Positions 1-10,531 of a DNA stretch of 64,000 nucleotides are shown one piece after another. The position numbers and the translations under genes were made by a program. The stretch is from Bacillota bacterium. Its GTDB lineage: Bacteria > Bacillota > Dethiobacteria > DTU022. The notes under the pieces are model-generated. The model had not been told where the DNA came from, ran no database searches, and saw only the letters and a program-made list of their open reading frames with translations. The stretch is taken from positions 68,314-132,313 of the forward strand of contig JAWSUE010000010.1 of NCBI GenBank assembly GCA_033549065.1. The letters run 5' to 3'. Within the stretch, counting starts at the first letter, position 1. Each line of letters opens with the position of its first letter.

Positions 1-327
1 TGAAGGTAAATATATTGAATAATAAATCACAATTTGTTAATTGTCTAATTCTATTTTCCTTATTTAAGTCCTCCCGGTAAACAAATTTTAGTCTTTATAA
101 AAATTTATTAAACCAATGAAAATTAAGGACATTGTGAAGGAATTAATTGCTTTTTGAAGAACTAATCCTAATGAATGATCAGAATGCAATAATTATACGA
201 AACCTTAGGCAAATACCTGGTTTTGAATAATTTCGGAGAGGGGGAATAGTTAGAAACTAAACATTTCAGTGGTGTGAGTTTATATGTGACAGACATTTTT
301 TATAAGAAAAAAGAGGAGGTTTTAATT

Positions 328-1440
328 GTGAAGAAGTGGCTGGCATTACTTTTGGTGTTTCTGTTTATTTTTGCCGTCATCGGCTGCGGAACTGCGGAAG
401 AACCACCGGAAGTTGATGATGGAGATGATGCCGTTGATGAAGAACCGGCTTCCGATCTCAAAGTCGGGATGGTTACAGATGCGGGAACTATCGACGATAA
501 ATCATTTAACCAGGGGACCTGGGAAGGTGTTTTACTTGCTGCCAGTGATTTTGGACTGGAAACCAGGTATTTGCAACCCGGAGGGACTACCGAAGCCGAC
601 TATATAACTGAAATCAGCAACCTGGTTGATGCCGGTTTCCTCTTTGTTGTATGCCCCGGATTTAAATTTGAAACAGCAATATATGATGTTCAAACCAGAT
701 ATCCGCAGGCCAAGTTTGTGATTCTCGATGGCTATCCACATGCCGGTGATTGGGTGCCGGATGTACAAGAGAACGTGGTTTCCATTTTCTTTGCCGAGCA
801 TGAAGCTGGTTTTCTTGGTGGGTTAGCTGCTGCATTGCAGCTTCAGGAAGGTGAGGTAGGATTCATTGGTGGCATGGAGATACCGGCTGTCCAGAAATTT
901 AACTGGGGTTTCCAGCAGGGTGTTTTATATGCCAATGAGAATTACGATACCAATGTTGTAATGCGCGCGGAAAACTTTATCTACGAAGGAACCTTTGATA
1001 ACGTGGCCGGTGGTCAACAGTTGGCTGCAGCCATGTATGACAAGGGTGTGGATGCAATATTTGCTGCTGCCGGTGGAGTCGGGATCGGGGCAATAAACGA
1101 GGCAAAGGCAAGGGCTGCAACAGGTCAGGAAGTATGGATTATCGGGGTTGACGTTGATCAGTATGCCGACGGTATTTACGAAGGGAACAACTCTATTATA
1201 TTGACGTCAGCGATGAAAGGAATTGATGTTGCCGCCTACGATATGATCGAAGCTGAACTAAATGGTGAATTCCCCGGTGGCCAGATCATCACTATGGATG
1301 CAAAGAATTACGGTATCGGCATTCCCGAGGAAAACCCCAACCTTGATGCTGAAGTAGAAGAACTGGTGTGGCAGGCATTTGCTGCGATGCAGGATGGATC
1401 CCTTGTTGTCTCTGATGAACAGGGAGATCTTATCAGATAG
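328..1440 (+). CDS. BMP-family ABC transporter substrate-binding lipoprotein (nucleoside-binding, PnrA/NupN-like)
   Basis: GTG start at 328 lies 8 nt after AAGAGGAGG. Signal peptide with lipobox VIGCG. Periplasmic-binding fold typical of the BMP/TmpC family. First gene of an ABC operon with pdp and deoC downstream. Confidence 0.8.
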   Translation: MKKWLALLLVFLFIFAVIGCGTAEEPPEVDDGDDAVDEEPASDLKVGMVTDAGTIDDKSFNQGTWEGVLLAASDFGLETRYLQPGGTTEADYITEISNLVDAGFLFVVCPGFKFETAIYDVQTRYPQAKFVILDGYPHAGDWVPDVQENVVSIFFAEHEAGFLGGLAAALQLQEGEVGFIGGMEIPAVQKFNWGFQQGVLYANENYDTNVVMRAENFIYEGTFDNVAGGQQLAAAMYDKGVDAIFAAAGGVGIGAINEAKARAATGQEVWIIGVDVDQYADGIYEGNNSIILTSAMKGIDVAAYDMIEAELNGEFPGGQIITMDAKNYGIGIPEENPNLDAEVEELVWQAFAAMQDGSLVVSDEQGDLIR

Positions 1441-1462
1441 TGATTGAATCGATGCATTTGAA

Positions 1463-1488
1463 AAGGGCGGTATCCCCGCCCTTTTTCT
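1463..1488 (+). terminator. Intra-operon hairpin/attenuator after the binding-protein gene
   Basis: AAGGGCGG-tatcc-CCGCCCTT followed by TTTTCT. Lies between the binding-protein gene and the ATPase gene, as is common for over-expressing binding proteins. Confidence 0.5.
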
Positions 1489-1535
1489 ATAAAATTTTCA
1501 TTGAAAAGTTTGTCAGATTGACCTGACAGGAGCTG

Positions 1536-3068
1536 GTGCTATTGAACGATAATATAGTTGAAATGCTCGATATACGAAAAGAATTTCCCGGGGTAGTGGC
1601 TTGTGATGATATCGATTTTAAGGTGAAGAAAGGCGAGATTCATGCCCTGCTTGGTGAGAATGGTGCCGGCAAATCTACCTTAATGAATATTTTATTTGGT
1701 CTTTACCAACCTGATCACGGTTCAATAAGGCTTAGAGGGGATAAAGTAAATATTACCAATCCCAATATTGCCAATAATCTCGGGATAGGAATGGTTCACC
1801 AACACTTCAAACTGGTCCACAATTTTACGGTGACTGAAAATATTATCCTGGGCCTGGAGCCGACCAGATTGATGATGATCGATACCCGCCGTGCTTCAGC
1901 CCGGATCAGAGAACTATCAGAAAGATATGGCTTAAACGTTGAACCCGATGCAAAAATTGAAGATGTATCTGTGGGTATGCAGCAGCGGGTTGAGATCCTT
2001 AAGATGCTTTATCGCGATGCCGAGGTATTGATCTTTGATGAACCAACAGCTGTGTTAACTCCCCAGGAAGTTGGAGAGTTAATGAAGATCATGCGGGGTT
2101 TGATCGATGAAGGTAAAACGATAATCCTGATCACTCATAAATTGAAAGAAATTATGAAAATTGCAGATCGCTGCACGGTAATCCGCTGGGGCAAGGTTGT
2201 CGGCACAGTTGATGTGGAAGATACAACGGAAGAAAAACTGGCTGAAATGATGGTGGGGCGCAAGGTTTTATTTGAGCTTGATAAAAAAGCGGCCAATCCC
2301 AGGGAAGAGATTTTACGTATTGAAAACCTTACGGTTTCCGGAAGCAGCGGCGCTCATGGTTTAAAGAATTTTTCTCTCAGTGTCAGGTGTGGGGAAATCG
2401 TCGGTCTTGCCGGGGTTGACGGTAATGGCCAGACTGAGCTGATTGAGGCAATTATCGGGTTGCGCAGGGTAGATTCCGGGAAAATATTTATCCACGGGTT
2501 AGATGTAACAGATATGTCAACCAGGGAAAGGATCAATGCGGGTATGGCCCATATCCCGGAGGATCGTCACAAACATGGGCTTATTCTTGAGTACACCGTT
2601 CAGGAAAACTTTATTTTGAAAAATTATTTTAAGGAGCCTTTTTCCAAAAAAGGCTTGCTTGATTGGGATTATGTTTACGAGCATGCCAACCGGGTGATCA
2701 ATGACTTTGATGTCAGATCCGGACAGGGTGCTGAAGCGCTGGCCCGTTCGCTTTCCGGAGGGAACCAGCAGAAAGCAATTCTCGGTCGGGAAATAGACGG
2801 TAATCCGGAAATACTGGTTGCTGTCCAACCAACCCGGGGTCTTGATGTCGGAGCTATCGAATATATTCATCAACGCCTGCTGGAACAGCGGGATCAGGGA
2901 AAAGCAGTTTTCATGATCTCACTCGAATTGGACGAGATACTGGACCTCTCGGACCGTATAGCGGTGATCTATAACGGTGAACTGGTAGGTATAGTTGATG
3001 CAGCCCAAACTGATGAAAATGAAATTGGCTTAATGATGGTCGGTGGGAAGAGAGGTGCTGTTGCTTGA
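1536..3068 (+). CDS. ABC transporter ATP-binding protein with duplicated ABC domains (nucleoside/simple-sugar type)
   Basis: GTG start after an AGGAG site. Two Walker A motifs (GENGAGKST and GVDGNGQT), two LSGG signature motifs, 510 aa. Confidence 0.85.
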   Translation: MLLNDNIVEMLDIRKEFPGVVACDDIDFKVKKGEIHALLGENGAGKSTLMNILFGLYQPDHGSIRLRGDKVNITNPNIANNLGIGMVHQHFKLVHNFTVTENIILGLEPTRLMMIDTRRASARIRELSERYGLNVEPDAKIEDVSVGMQQRVEILKMLYRDAEVLIFDEPTAVLTPQEVGELMKIMRGLIDEGKTIILITHKLKEIMKIADRCTVIRWGKVVGTVDVEDTTEEKLAEMMVGRKVLFELDKKAANPREEILRIENLTVSGSSGAHGLKNFSLSVRCGEIVGLAGVDGNGQTELIEAIIGLRRVDSGKIFIHGLDVTDMSTRERINAGMAHIPEDRHKHGLILEYTVQENFILKNYFKEPFSKKGLLDWDYVYEHANRVINDFDVRSGQGAEALARSLSGGNQQKAILGREIDGNPEILVAVQPTRGLDVGAIEYIHQRLLEQRDQGKAVFMISLELDEILDLSDRIAVIYNGELVGIVDAAQTDENEIGLMMVGGKRGAVA

Positions 3069-4180
3069 AAACCCGGGTCAGGGTAAAAAAAGATTTCTTG
3101 ATGTCGCTTTTTGCAGTTATGTTGGGTCTGCTGGCCGGAGCCGGTTTGATGGCTGTAACAGGGAATAACCCTGTTGAAGGCTTCCTGTATCTATTTAGAG
3201 GCGGCACGATGAATATAGAGCGGATTGGCAATACCCTTGCTACTGCTACTCCGCTTATTTTTGCCGGCCTTTCAGTTGCCTTTGCATTTAAAACCGGCCT
3301 TTTCAATATCGGTGGTGCCGGTCAGATGTTAATAGGCGGGCTTTGTGCAACTGCTATTGGCTTAACATTTGATTGGCCCAAGCCTATCCTGCTGACAGTT
3401 ATAATTATAGCTTCCCTGATCGGTGGTGGACTCTGGGCGGCCTTACCCGGCTTATTAAAGGCGAAATATAATGTCCATGAAGTTGTTGCCACTATTATGA
3501 TGAACTGGATAGCATACTGGGCGATCTACTATATTATTCCCCAACATTTTAAAGGGCCATTCCTGGAAACAGAATCGATGCGCATTCCGGCTGCAGCTTC
3601 GCTAAAAGTCCCCTGGTTAACTTCTCTTTTCAGCGGGTCTTACATTAACCTGGGGTTTTTTCTGGCCTTGATCTTTATTATCATCATTGCCTTTATTCTG
3701 GAAAGAACCACCCTCGGTTTTGAACTTAAAGCTGTCGGTTATAACCGCGATGCTGCGGAAGCAGCCGGGATCAGCGTAAACCGAAATATTATTTTTTCCA
3801 TGGCAATCGCCGGCGCCCTGGCCGGGTTGGGTGGAGCAACATTTTATGTCGGGTTTGCTAACAACATGCAGATCGGAGTATTGCCGGTGCAGGGTTTTGA
3901 TGGTATTGCCGTTGCACTCCTCGGTGCGAATGCCCCATGGGGTGTTTTTGCTGCCGCTGTTTTTTTTGGGCTGCTCCATACAGGAAAAGGTTTTATGAGC
4001 GCCATGACTGCCATCCCGCCCGAAATATCCGATACTATTATTGCCACGATTATTTATTTTGCCGCAACCAGTGTTTTGATCGAGAGAAATTGGGATAAAC
4101 TGCTAAAATTAGATTTTAGAAAATTATTTGCAAGGCTCACAGGAAAAAAACTTGAAACCAACACTGGGGGTGAGCAGTGA
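3065..4180 (+). CDS. ABC transporter permease (BMP-associated, NupP/YufP-like)
   Basis: TTG start overlaps the upstream stop (TTGA) and has an AGAGGTG site 8 nt upstream. Multi-pass hydrophobic protein. Confidence 0.75.
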   Translation: MKTRVRVKKDFLMSLFAVMLGLLAGAGLMAVTGNNPVEGFLYLFRGGTMNIERIGNTLATATPLIFAGLSVAFAFKTGLFNIGGAGQMLIGGLCATAIGLTFDWPKPILLTVIIIASLIGGGLWAALPGLLKAKYNVHEVVATIMMNWIAYWAIYYIIPQHFKGPFLETESMRIPAAASLKVPWLTSLFSGSYINLGFFLALIFIIIIAFILERTTLGFELKAVGYNRDAAEAAGISVNRNIIFSMAIAGALAGLGGATFYVGFANNMQIGVLPVQGFDGIAVALLGANAPWGVFAAAVFFGLLHTGKGFMSAMTAIPPEISDTIIATIIYFAATSVLIERNWDKLLKLDFRKLFARLTGKKLETNTGGEQ

Positions 4181-4181
4181 T

Positions 4182-5129
4182 ATGGTTGAACTGATCTATC
4201 AGCTATTTCCTTATGCCATAGCCTATACCATACCGCTGCTGATCACTTCCCTTGGCGGGCTATTCAGTGAACGCAGCGGTGTAATTAATATCGGCCTTGA
4301 AGGCCTGATGTTGATGGGTATGTTTGTCGGGGCTTATGCAATATCTACAGTTGAGACTGCCAATCCGGGGACTGTGATCTGGATCGGGTTACTCGCGGCA
4401 GCCTTTTTTGGGGCAATCTATGCGGTTCTGCATGCCTTTGCCTGTATTACCCTCAATGCCAACCAGGTGATCAGCGGTATAGCGATCAATATGATTGCCA
4501 GCGCGGTGACGGTCTATTTAGCCCGAATCCTGACCGGCAGCGGCAATGTCCAAATTATCCGTGGATTGAGCCGCCAGACCATTCCGGTTCTTTCTGAAAT
4601 ACCGGTTCTGGGTCGGCTTCTCTTCACCCAGTCTTATGCCACAACCTGGCTGGTCCTTTTGATCATTGCTTTTGCAACCTTCTTGCTTTATAAAACCCGT
4701 TTTGGTTTGCGACTCAGGGCTTGTGGTGAACATCCCCACGCAGCTGATTCTGCCGGGGTAAACGTCTACCTGATGCGTTACATGGCGGTTATGATCTCCG
4801 GTGCCTGCGCCGGATTGGGTGGGGCTATCTTTATTGTTACCCTTTCCGGTGAGTTTAACGGGACTGCAGCAGGCCTGGGATTCCTGGCTCTTGCTGCTTT
4901 GATTTTCGGACAGTGGAAGCCCTGGGGCATCCTGGGTGCAGCATTTTTCTTCGGCACAGCCTCTACCGTGGCCAATGTTTCACAGGCTATACCGACTTTA
5001 GCCCAGATACCGGGCATCTATTTAAAGACTTTTCCCTATGTAGTTACCTTGATCGCTCTCGTTCTCTCCTCGAAATCATCGCAGGCACCGAAGGCGATCG
5101 GAGAACCTTATGATAAAGGCAAGAGATAG
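4182..5129 (+). CDS. ABC transporter permease (NupQ/YufQ-like)
   Basis: ATG at 4182 lies 1 nt after the upstream stop, with a GGGGGTGAG site. Polytopic membrane protein. Confidence 0.75.
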   Translation: MVELIYQLFPYAIAYTIPLLITSLGGLFSERSGVINIGLEGLMLMGMFVGAYAISTVETANPGTVIWIGLLAAAFFGAIYAVLHAFACITLNANQVISGIAINMIASAVTVYLARILTGSGNVQIIRGLSRQTIPVLSEIPVLGRLLFTQSYATTWLVLLIIAFATFLLYKTRFGLRLRACGEHPHAADSAGVNVYLMRYMAVMISGACAGLGGAIFIVTLSGEFNGTAAGLGFLALAALIFGQWKPWGILGAAFFFGTASTVANVSQAIPTLAQIPGIYLKTFPYVVTLIALVLSSKSSQAPKAIGEPYDKGKR

Positions 5130-5162
5130 TTTGTTGAATTTAGTGCGTGGAGATGTGACTTA

Positions 5163-6476
5163 TTGAGAGTATATGATCTTATTCTAAAAAAAAGAAACGG
5201 ATCTTCCTTAAGCGAAAAAGAGATCAGTTATCTTGTATCGGGATATGTAAATGGAGATATCCCTGATTACCAGATGTCCGCCCTGGCTATGGCCATTTAC
5301 TTCCAGGATATGACTGAAGAAGAAACTCTGGCGTTGACCCGGGCGATGATCGAATCAGGGGATACAATTAATTTAGATGATATACCGGGTATCAAGGTTG
5401 ACAAACACAGTACAGGGGGAGTTGGTGATACAACAACCCTGGTTCTGGCTCCGCTCGTTGCTGCTGCCGGAGCGCCGGTGGCTAAACTCTCCGGCCGCGG
5501 ATTGGGACATACGGGAGGAACGCTCGATAAGCTGGAATCCATTCCGGGATTCAGAACTGAGATGACTGTTTCTCAACTGATCTCGGCGGTGAAAAAGGTC
5601 GGTGTTGCTGTAGCCGGACAGACCGGGAATCTAGTTCCTGCCGATAAGATGCTATATGCCCTGCGTGATGTGACCGCCACTGTTGACAGTATGCCCCTGA
5701 TTGCCAGCAGCATTATGAGTAAAAAACTTGCTGCCGGGGCGGATGCCCTGGTCCTTGATGTTAAAACCGGCGACGGCGCATTTTTAAAAGAAGAGGAAGA
5801 TGCTTTCGCTCTTGCAGAGCTAATGGTTAGAATTGGACAGGGGGCGGGGAAGAAAACTTTAGCCCTGGTGACTGGTATGGATCAACCGCTGGGTTGGGCT
5901 ATCGGTAATGCCCTTGAAGTGGAAGAAGCAATTATGACCCTGCGTGGAGAGGGGCCGGCTGATTTGGAGGAACTATGCCTGCAGCTGGGCTGCAGGATGC
6001 TTACCCTCGCCGGCAAGGTAAAAGATCCCGATAAGGGATATGTCTTGCTGAAACGGTTAATCGAGAGTGGTGCTGCATTGCAGAAATTTGGGGATTTGAT
6101 CAAGAGTCAACACGGTAATACTGCAGTTATCAATAATCCTTCTATCCTTCCGGTTACATCGAACAGGATTCCGGTCAAGTCAACTTCACAGGGGTATGTG
6201 AAAAAATTGAAAGCGGAAGCAATCGGGATTGCTGCCATGATCCTGGGTGCCGGAAGGGAAACCAAGAAATCTGTCATCGACCCGGCGGTTGGCCTTGTTA
6301 TGGAAAAGAAAATAGGGGACAGGATTGAAAAAGATGATACCCTGGCTGTTATTCATGCCGCTGAGGACGAAGAAACCGGCGTGATCAGTGAAGTAACTGA
6401 GATGATCCTGAGTGCTTATGATATTAGTTCGGAAAAGGCAATGGCACCGGAATTGATCTATGGTGAAGTCGGATAA
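5163..6476 (+). CDS. pdp: Pyrimidine-nucleoside (thymidine) phosphorylase
   Basis: HSTGGVGDTTTLVLAPLVAAAG phosphate-binding motif and glycosyltransferase family 3 architecture, 437 aa. TTG start with a GGAGATG site. Confidence 0.85.
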   Translation: MRVYDLILKKRNGSSLSEKEISYLVSGYVNGDIPDYQMSALAMAIYFQDMTEEETLALTRAMIESGDTINLDDIPGIKVDKHSTGGVGDTTTLVLAPLVAAAGAPVAKLSGRGLGHTGGTLDKLESIPGFRTEMTVSQLISAVKKVGVAVAGQTGNLVPADKMLYALRDVTATVDSMPLIASSIMSKKLAAGADALVLDVKTGDGAFLKEEEDAFALAELMVRIGQGAGKKTLALVTGMDQPLGWAIGNALEVEEAIMTLRGEGPADLEELCLQLGCRMLTLAGKVKDPDKGYVLLKRLIESGAALQKFGDLIKSQHGNTAVINNPSILPVTSNRIPVKSTSQGYVKKLKAEAIGIAAMILGAGRETKKSVIDPAVGLVMEKKIGDRIEKDDTLAVIHAAEDEETGVISEVTEMILSAYDISSEKAMAPELIYGEVG

Positions 6477-6503
6477 AGGCAGGTGTTTAATGTGTCTGAA
6501 AGT

Positions 6504-7139
6504 ATGGCTGATTATATTGATCATACCCTTCTTAAACCTGAAGCAACGGAAGCAGATATAATTAAGTTATGCAGGGAAGCAATAGAAAACCGGTTCTATG
6601 CCGTTTGTATCAACGCTTCTTATGTAAAAACAGCCGCTCTGGAACTGGCAGGAAGTGATGTTAAAGTCAGTGTTGTTGTCGGTTTCCCCCTGGGAGCAAC
6701 TACAACTGCGGTAAAAGCATTTGAAGCGGAAGAAGCGGTAAACAATGGTGCTGATGAAATTGATATGGTTATCCATATCGGTGCGTTGAAGAGCAGAAAC
6801 GAACAATATGTACTGAGTGATATTTCTGCTGTTGTAAAAGCGGCAAATGGGAAAATTGTTAAAGTGATCATTGAAACCGGACTGCTGGACGATGAAGAAA
6901 AGATTCTGGCCTGCAACCTGGCGAAAGAAGCGGGCGCTAACTTTGTCAAAACATCAACCGGTTTTGGACCGGGCGGGGCAACCATCGCTGATGTTCAGCT
7001 AATGCGTGAAACGGTTGGCCCCGGCATCGGTGTTAAAGCTTCGGGAGGTGTCAGGACACCGGAGGATGCCCGAAAGATGATCGAAGCCGGTGCGAGCAGA
7101 ATTGGCACCAGCTCTGGAGTAAAAATTGCCGGTCAATAG
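6504..7139 (+). CDS. deoC: Deoxyribose-phosphate aldolase
   Basis: N-terminus [15 protein letters not shown] and GFPLGATTT motif, class I aldolase. ATG 6504 is preferred over the upstream GTG codons because it matches the Bacillus-type DeoC N-terminus. Confidence 0.85.
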   Translation: MADYIDHTLLKPEATEADIIKLCREAIENRFYAVCINASYVKTAALELAGSDVKVSVVVGFPLGATTTAVKAFEAEEAVNNGADEIDMVIHIGALKSRNEQYVLSDISAVVKAANGKIVKVIIETGLLDDEEKILACNLAKEAGANFVKTSTGFGPGGATIADVQLMRETVGPGIGVKASGGVRTPEDARKMIEAGASRIGTSSGVKIAGQ

Positions 7140-7240
7140 CCTGGGGTTTTGACAAATTGGTTGATTTTAAGCTAAAATTATAGAGAGAATATTCAAGACC
7201 GGTGCCAAGCCGGTATTTATTTTTAGGCGGAGGGATTTCA

Positions 7241-9985
7241 ATGCGCAGAAGGTTATTCCTGATAGTTATTGCTGTTATTATTCTGGGATCTATTATTCTG
7301 ACCGGAACAAATTTTTATCTGGATATGCTCTGGTTCCGTGAACTGGAAGCAGCACAGGTTTTCTGGACTCAATATATCACCCGTTGGGGCATGAGGCTGG
7401 GAGCTCTGGTCTTTTTATTTGCCGTCTTTTTTGTAAACCTCATGTTTACCAAGCGCTATATCCTCAGCTTTCCCAACCTGGTGCTCAGGGAAAAGCTGAT
7501 GGCAACCGGGTTCATGCGATACCTGACTCCAAAACGCCTGACCCTGTACTTTGCCATTGCCTCGGGTATCCTGGCTTACATGTTTTCCGGTTATGTGGGG
7601 AACCACTGGATGGATCTTCTGCGCTATTTGAATCATGTGCCTTTCAACATCAGCGACCCGGTATTTGGCGCCGATGCAGCTTTTTATGTGTTTCAACTTC
7701 CTTTCTTCCGGTTTATTTACAGTTTTCTGATGATGACCCTGGTTATTTCTTTGGTTATCGTTGCTGCCATATATCTGTTACTTAACCCTCCTTCCCAAGG
7801 GAAACAGGGCTGGATGCTTCCACTTACCAGGGGGATAAGCCATCTGGCCGTGCTATTCACCCTGATTTTCAGCCTGAAAGCATGGGATTACAGGCTTAAA
7901 CAGCTGGAGCTGGTTCTTTCTGAACGAGGGGTTGTTTACGGAGCAGGCTATACCGACATTAATGCCAATTACCCGGTTTTGATGATCCTTATGATCCTTG
8001 CCCTGGTTATTGCTCTTATATTTTTTGCAAATATATTTTTACGGCGATACCGGTTATTTATTTATGGTGTCCTGGTTTTAACCGGTGTTTCCCTGCTGGG
8101 GGGTTGGGCCTATCCGGCGGCGATCCAGAGTTTCGTGGTCGAACCAAGTGAGTTCAGTTATGAGCGTGAGTACCTGGAGCATAATATTGAGTTTACCAGG
8201 AATGCATACGGTATTGATCGTTTCTCATCCCGCCGTTACGATCCTTCAGCCATGCTTAACTGGGATGATCTGCGGGAAAACCCGGGAACAATCAACAATG
8301 TTCGTCTCTGGGATTATCGTCCGCTGCTGACAACTTTTAATGAGCTGCAGGCGATCAGGCTTTACTACCGCTTCAACGATGTTGATATCGATCGCTATGT
8401 AATTGATGGTGAATACAGGCAGGTTATGATCGCCGCCCGCGAGCTTGATAAAACACGCCTTGCTCCCCAGGCGCAGACCTGGGTTAACCTGCAGCTGCAA
8501 TACACTCATGGTTACGGGGTGACAATGAGTCCTGTAAATGAAGTTACCACTGAAGGATTACCCCGTTATTTCCTGGGCGATATCCCTCCAACGGGAAATC
8601 TGGAACTCGAAAACCCGGCTATATATTTTGGCGAACTGACCAATGACTATGTCATTATCAATACAGCCACACCTGAATTTCACTATGCCACAGCTGGAGA
8701 TGAAAACGAATTTGTTTACTATGACGGTGAAGCCGGAATACCAATCCAATCGTTCCTTCGCCGTATTTTGTTTGCCTTCAAATTTGGGGAATACAGGATT
8801 CTTGTGTCCAATGAGTTGAGCAATGAGAGCCGTGTCCTTTTTGATCGGAATATTCATGACCGGGTTCGGAAACTTGCCCCCTTCCTCCGCTACGACAGTG
8901 ACCCTTATATAGTAGTTTGTGATGGGCGGTTATTCTGGATCCAGGATGCATATACCGTAACCAGAAGTTTCCCCTATTCAGCGCCTTATGGAGATATAAA
9001 CTATATTCGCAATTCGGTTAAAGTAGTCGTCGATGCTTATAACGGCAGTGTAGATTACTATGTAATGGATCCTGAAGATCCGTTGGTCCAGACATACAGC
9101 CGGATATTCCCCGAATTTTTTAAGCCGATCGAGGAGATGCCTCAAAACCTGATCAGTAATTTACGTTATCCCGAGGATCTGTTCAATGTTCAGTCCCAAT
9201 TGTTGACCCTCTATCATATTACCGATCCCAACGTATTCTACACCAGGGAAGACCTTTGGGCAGTACCCTTTGAACAGTCCTTCGGGCAGGAACAATTTAT
9301 GGAGCCCTACTATACTATCCTACAGCTGCCGGGCTACTCGGAGCCAGAATATGTGCTGATTATACCTTTTACGCCTGATCAGCGTAATAACATGATTGCC
9401 TGGATGGTTGCCCGCTGTGATCAGCCCAATTATGGTCAGGTGGAAATATTCCTCTTTCCACCGGAAAGAGTTATTCTCGGCCCAAAACAGATCGAAAACC
9501 GGATAGATCAGAGCACAGAGATTTCGGAGCAGTTTACCCTTTGGGGGCAGGCCGGTTCAAGAGTAATTCGTGGCAACCTGCTCGTCTTACCGATTAATAA
9601 TTCCCTGCTCTATGTTGAACCGATATTCCTGGAGGCAGAAAGGGGAGGTTTGCCCGAGCTGGCCAGGGTAATCGTTGTCTATGGTGAGACAGTAGTGATG
9701 GAAGACACCCTGGAAAGAGCTCTGATCCGCATATTCGGCGAGATCGATGCCCTCCCGCCGGATCTTGATGATGATGAACAACCTATTGAAGTGCCTGAAG
9801 ATGAAGTTGAGCCGGGTGAACCAGTTGATCTGGATGATGCTGAGCTGGTAGATCTGATCCGACGAGCCCAGGAAGTATATGATGAGGCAATACTGCGGCA
9901 GCAGCAGGGTGACTGGGCAGGTTACGGAGAAAAACTTCAGGAATTCGAGCAGATTTTAAACGAACTGGTGCAGTTAACATTATAA
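7241..9985 (+). CDS. UPF0182 (COG1615) family large membrane protein
   Basis: About 915 aa. N-terminal cluster of about 7 TM helices, large extracytoplasmic domain, acidic C-terminal tail. ATG 7241 after a GGCGGAGGG site. Confidence 0.55.
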   Translation: MRRRLFLIVIAVIILGSIILTGTNFYLDMLWFRELEAAQVFWTQYITRWGMRLGALVFLFAVFFVNLMFTKRYILSFPNLVLREKLMATGFMRYLTPKRLTLYFAIASGILAYMFSGYVGNHWMDLLRYLNHVPFNISDPVFGADAAFYVFQLPFFRFIYSFLMMTLVISLVIVAAIYLLLNPPSQGKQGWMLPLTRGISHLAVLFTLIFSLKAWDYRLKQLELVLSERGVVYGAGYTDINANYPVLMILMILALVIALIFFANIFLRRYRLFIYGVLVLTGVSLLGGWAYPAAIQSFVVEPSEFSYEREYLEHNIEFTRNAYGIDRFSSRRYDPSAMLNWDDLRENPGTINNVRLWDYRPLLTTFNELQAIRLYYRFNDVDIDRYVIDGEYRQVMIAARELDKTRLAPQAQTWVNLQLQYTHGYGVTMSPVNEVTTEGLPRYFLGDIPPTGNLELENPAIYFGELTNDYVIINTATPEFHYATAGDENEFVYYDGEAGIPIQSFLRRILFAFKFGEYRILVSNELSNESRVLFDRNIHDRVRKLAPFLRYDSDPYIVVCDGRLFWIQDAYTVTRSFPYSAPYGDINYIRNSVKVVVDAYNGSVDYYVMDPEDPLVQTYSRIFPEFFKPIEEMPQNLISNLRYPEDLFNVQSQLLTLYHITDPNVFYTREDLWAVPFEQSFGQEQFMEPYYTILQLPGYSEPEYVLIIPFTPDQRNNMIAWMVARCDQPNYGQVEIFLFPPERVILGPKQIENRIDQSTEISEQFTLWGQAGSRVIRGNLLVLPINNSLLYVEPIFLEAERGGLPELARVIVVYGETVVMEDTLERALIRIFGEIDALPPDLDDDEQPIEVPEDEVEPGEPVDLDDAELVDLIRRAQEVYDEAILRQQQGDWAGYGEKLQEFEQILNELVQLTL

Positions 9986-10006
9986 AGACACCCGGAGGAA
10001 ACCACT

Positions 10007-10531
10007 TTGGTCAATAATTCATATTTAATATATACTGACGGGGCCTGTTCGGGCAATCCCGGTCCAGGTGGCTGGGCAGCTGTTATACAGATGGATGGTG
10101 AGACCCGGGAGATCAGCGGCCATGAAAAAGAGACCACCAACCAGCGTATGGAGCTCCGAGCAGCGATTGAAGCGCTAAAAACAACTCCTGAGGGGAGCCG
10201 GATTACGCTGCACAGCGACAGCGCTTACCTGGTTAACTGTTTTAAACAGAACTGGATGGAACGATGGTATAAAAACGGATGGCGAAATGCCAGGGGCGAA
10301 GCAGTGGAAAACCGTGATCTTTGGGAAGAGCTGTTTCAATTGGCTGAAAGCAGAAAAGTTGAATGGATCAAAGTTAAAGGGCATGGTGCAGATATTCTCA
10401 ATAAACAGGTTGACCAGTTAGCCCGTAAAGCCTTATTCAATGATCCACAACCTTCCTGTATTGAAATATGTGAACGAAAGAAAGATGAGTTAAGCAGATC
10501 GGAAATAACTGCAAAACGAGGTGGGAAATCG
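10007..10531 (+). CDS. rnhA: Ribonuclease HI domain ORF with no in-frame stop before pfkA
   Basis: TDGACSGNPGPGGWAAV motif and the RNase H catalytic region. The frame continues into pfkA without a stop codon. Confidence 0.7.

Noticed and set aside
1-327. AT-rich region upstream of the nucleoside operon, checked for a purine riboswitch
   Set aside because: A possible P1 pairing (ATTATA...ATAAT) is present, but the internal sequence lacks the two 7-bp hairpins and the conserved loop/junction nucleotides of the purine aptamer. It probably holds only a promoter.
371-801. Small ORFs (371..607 +, 532..801 -) that overlap the BMP lipoprotein gene
   Set aside because: They lie entirely inside a well-supported CDS in other frames or on the other strand. 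They have no SD sites and look low-complexity, so they are spurious.
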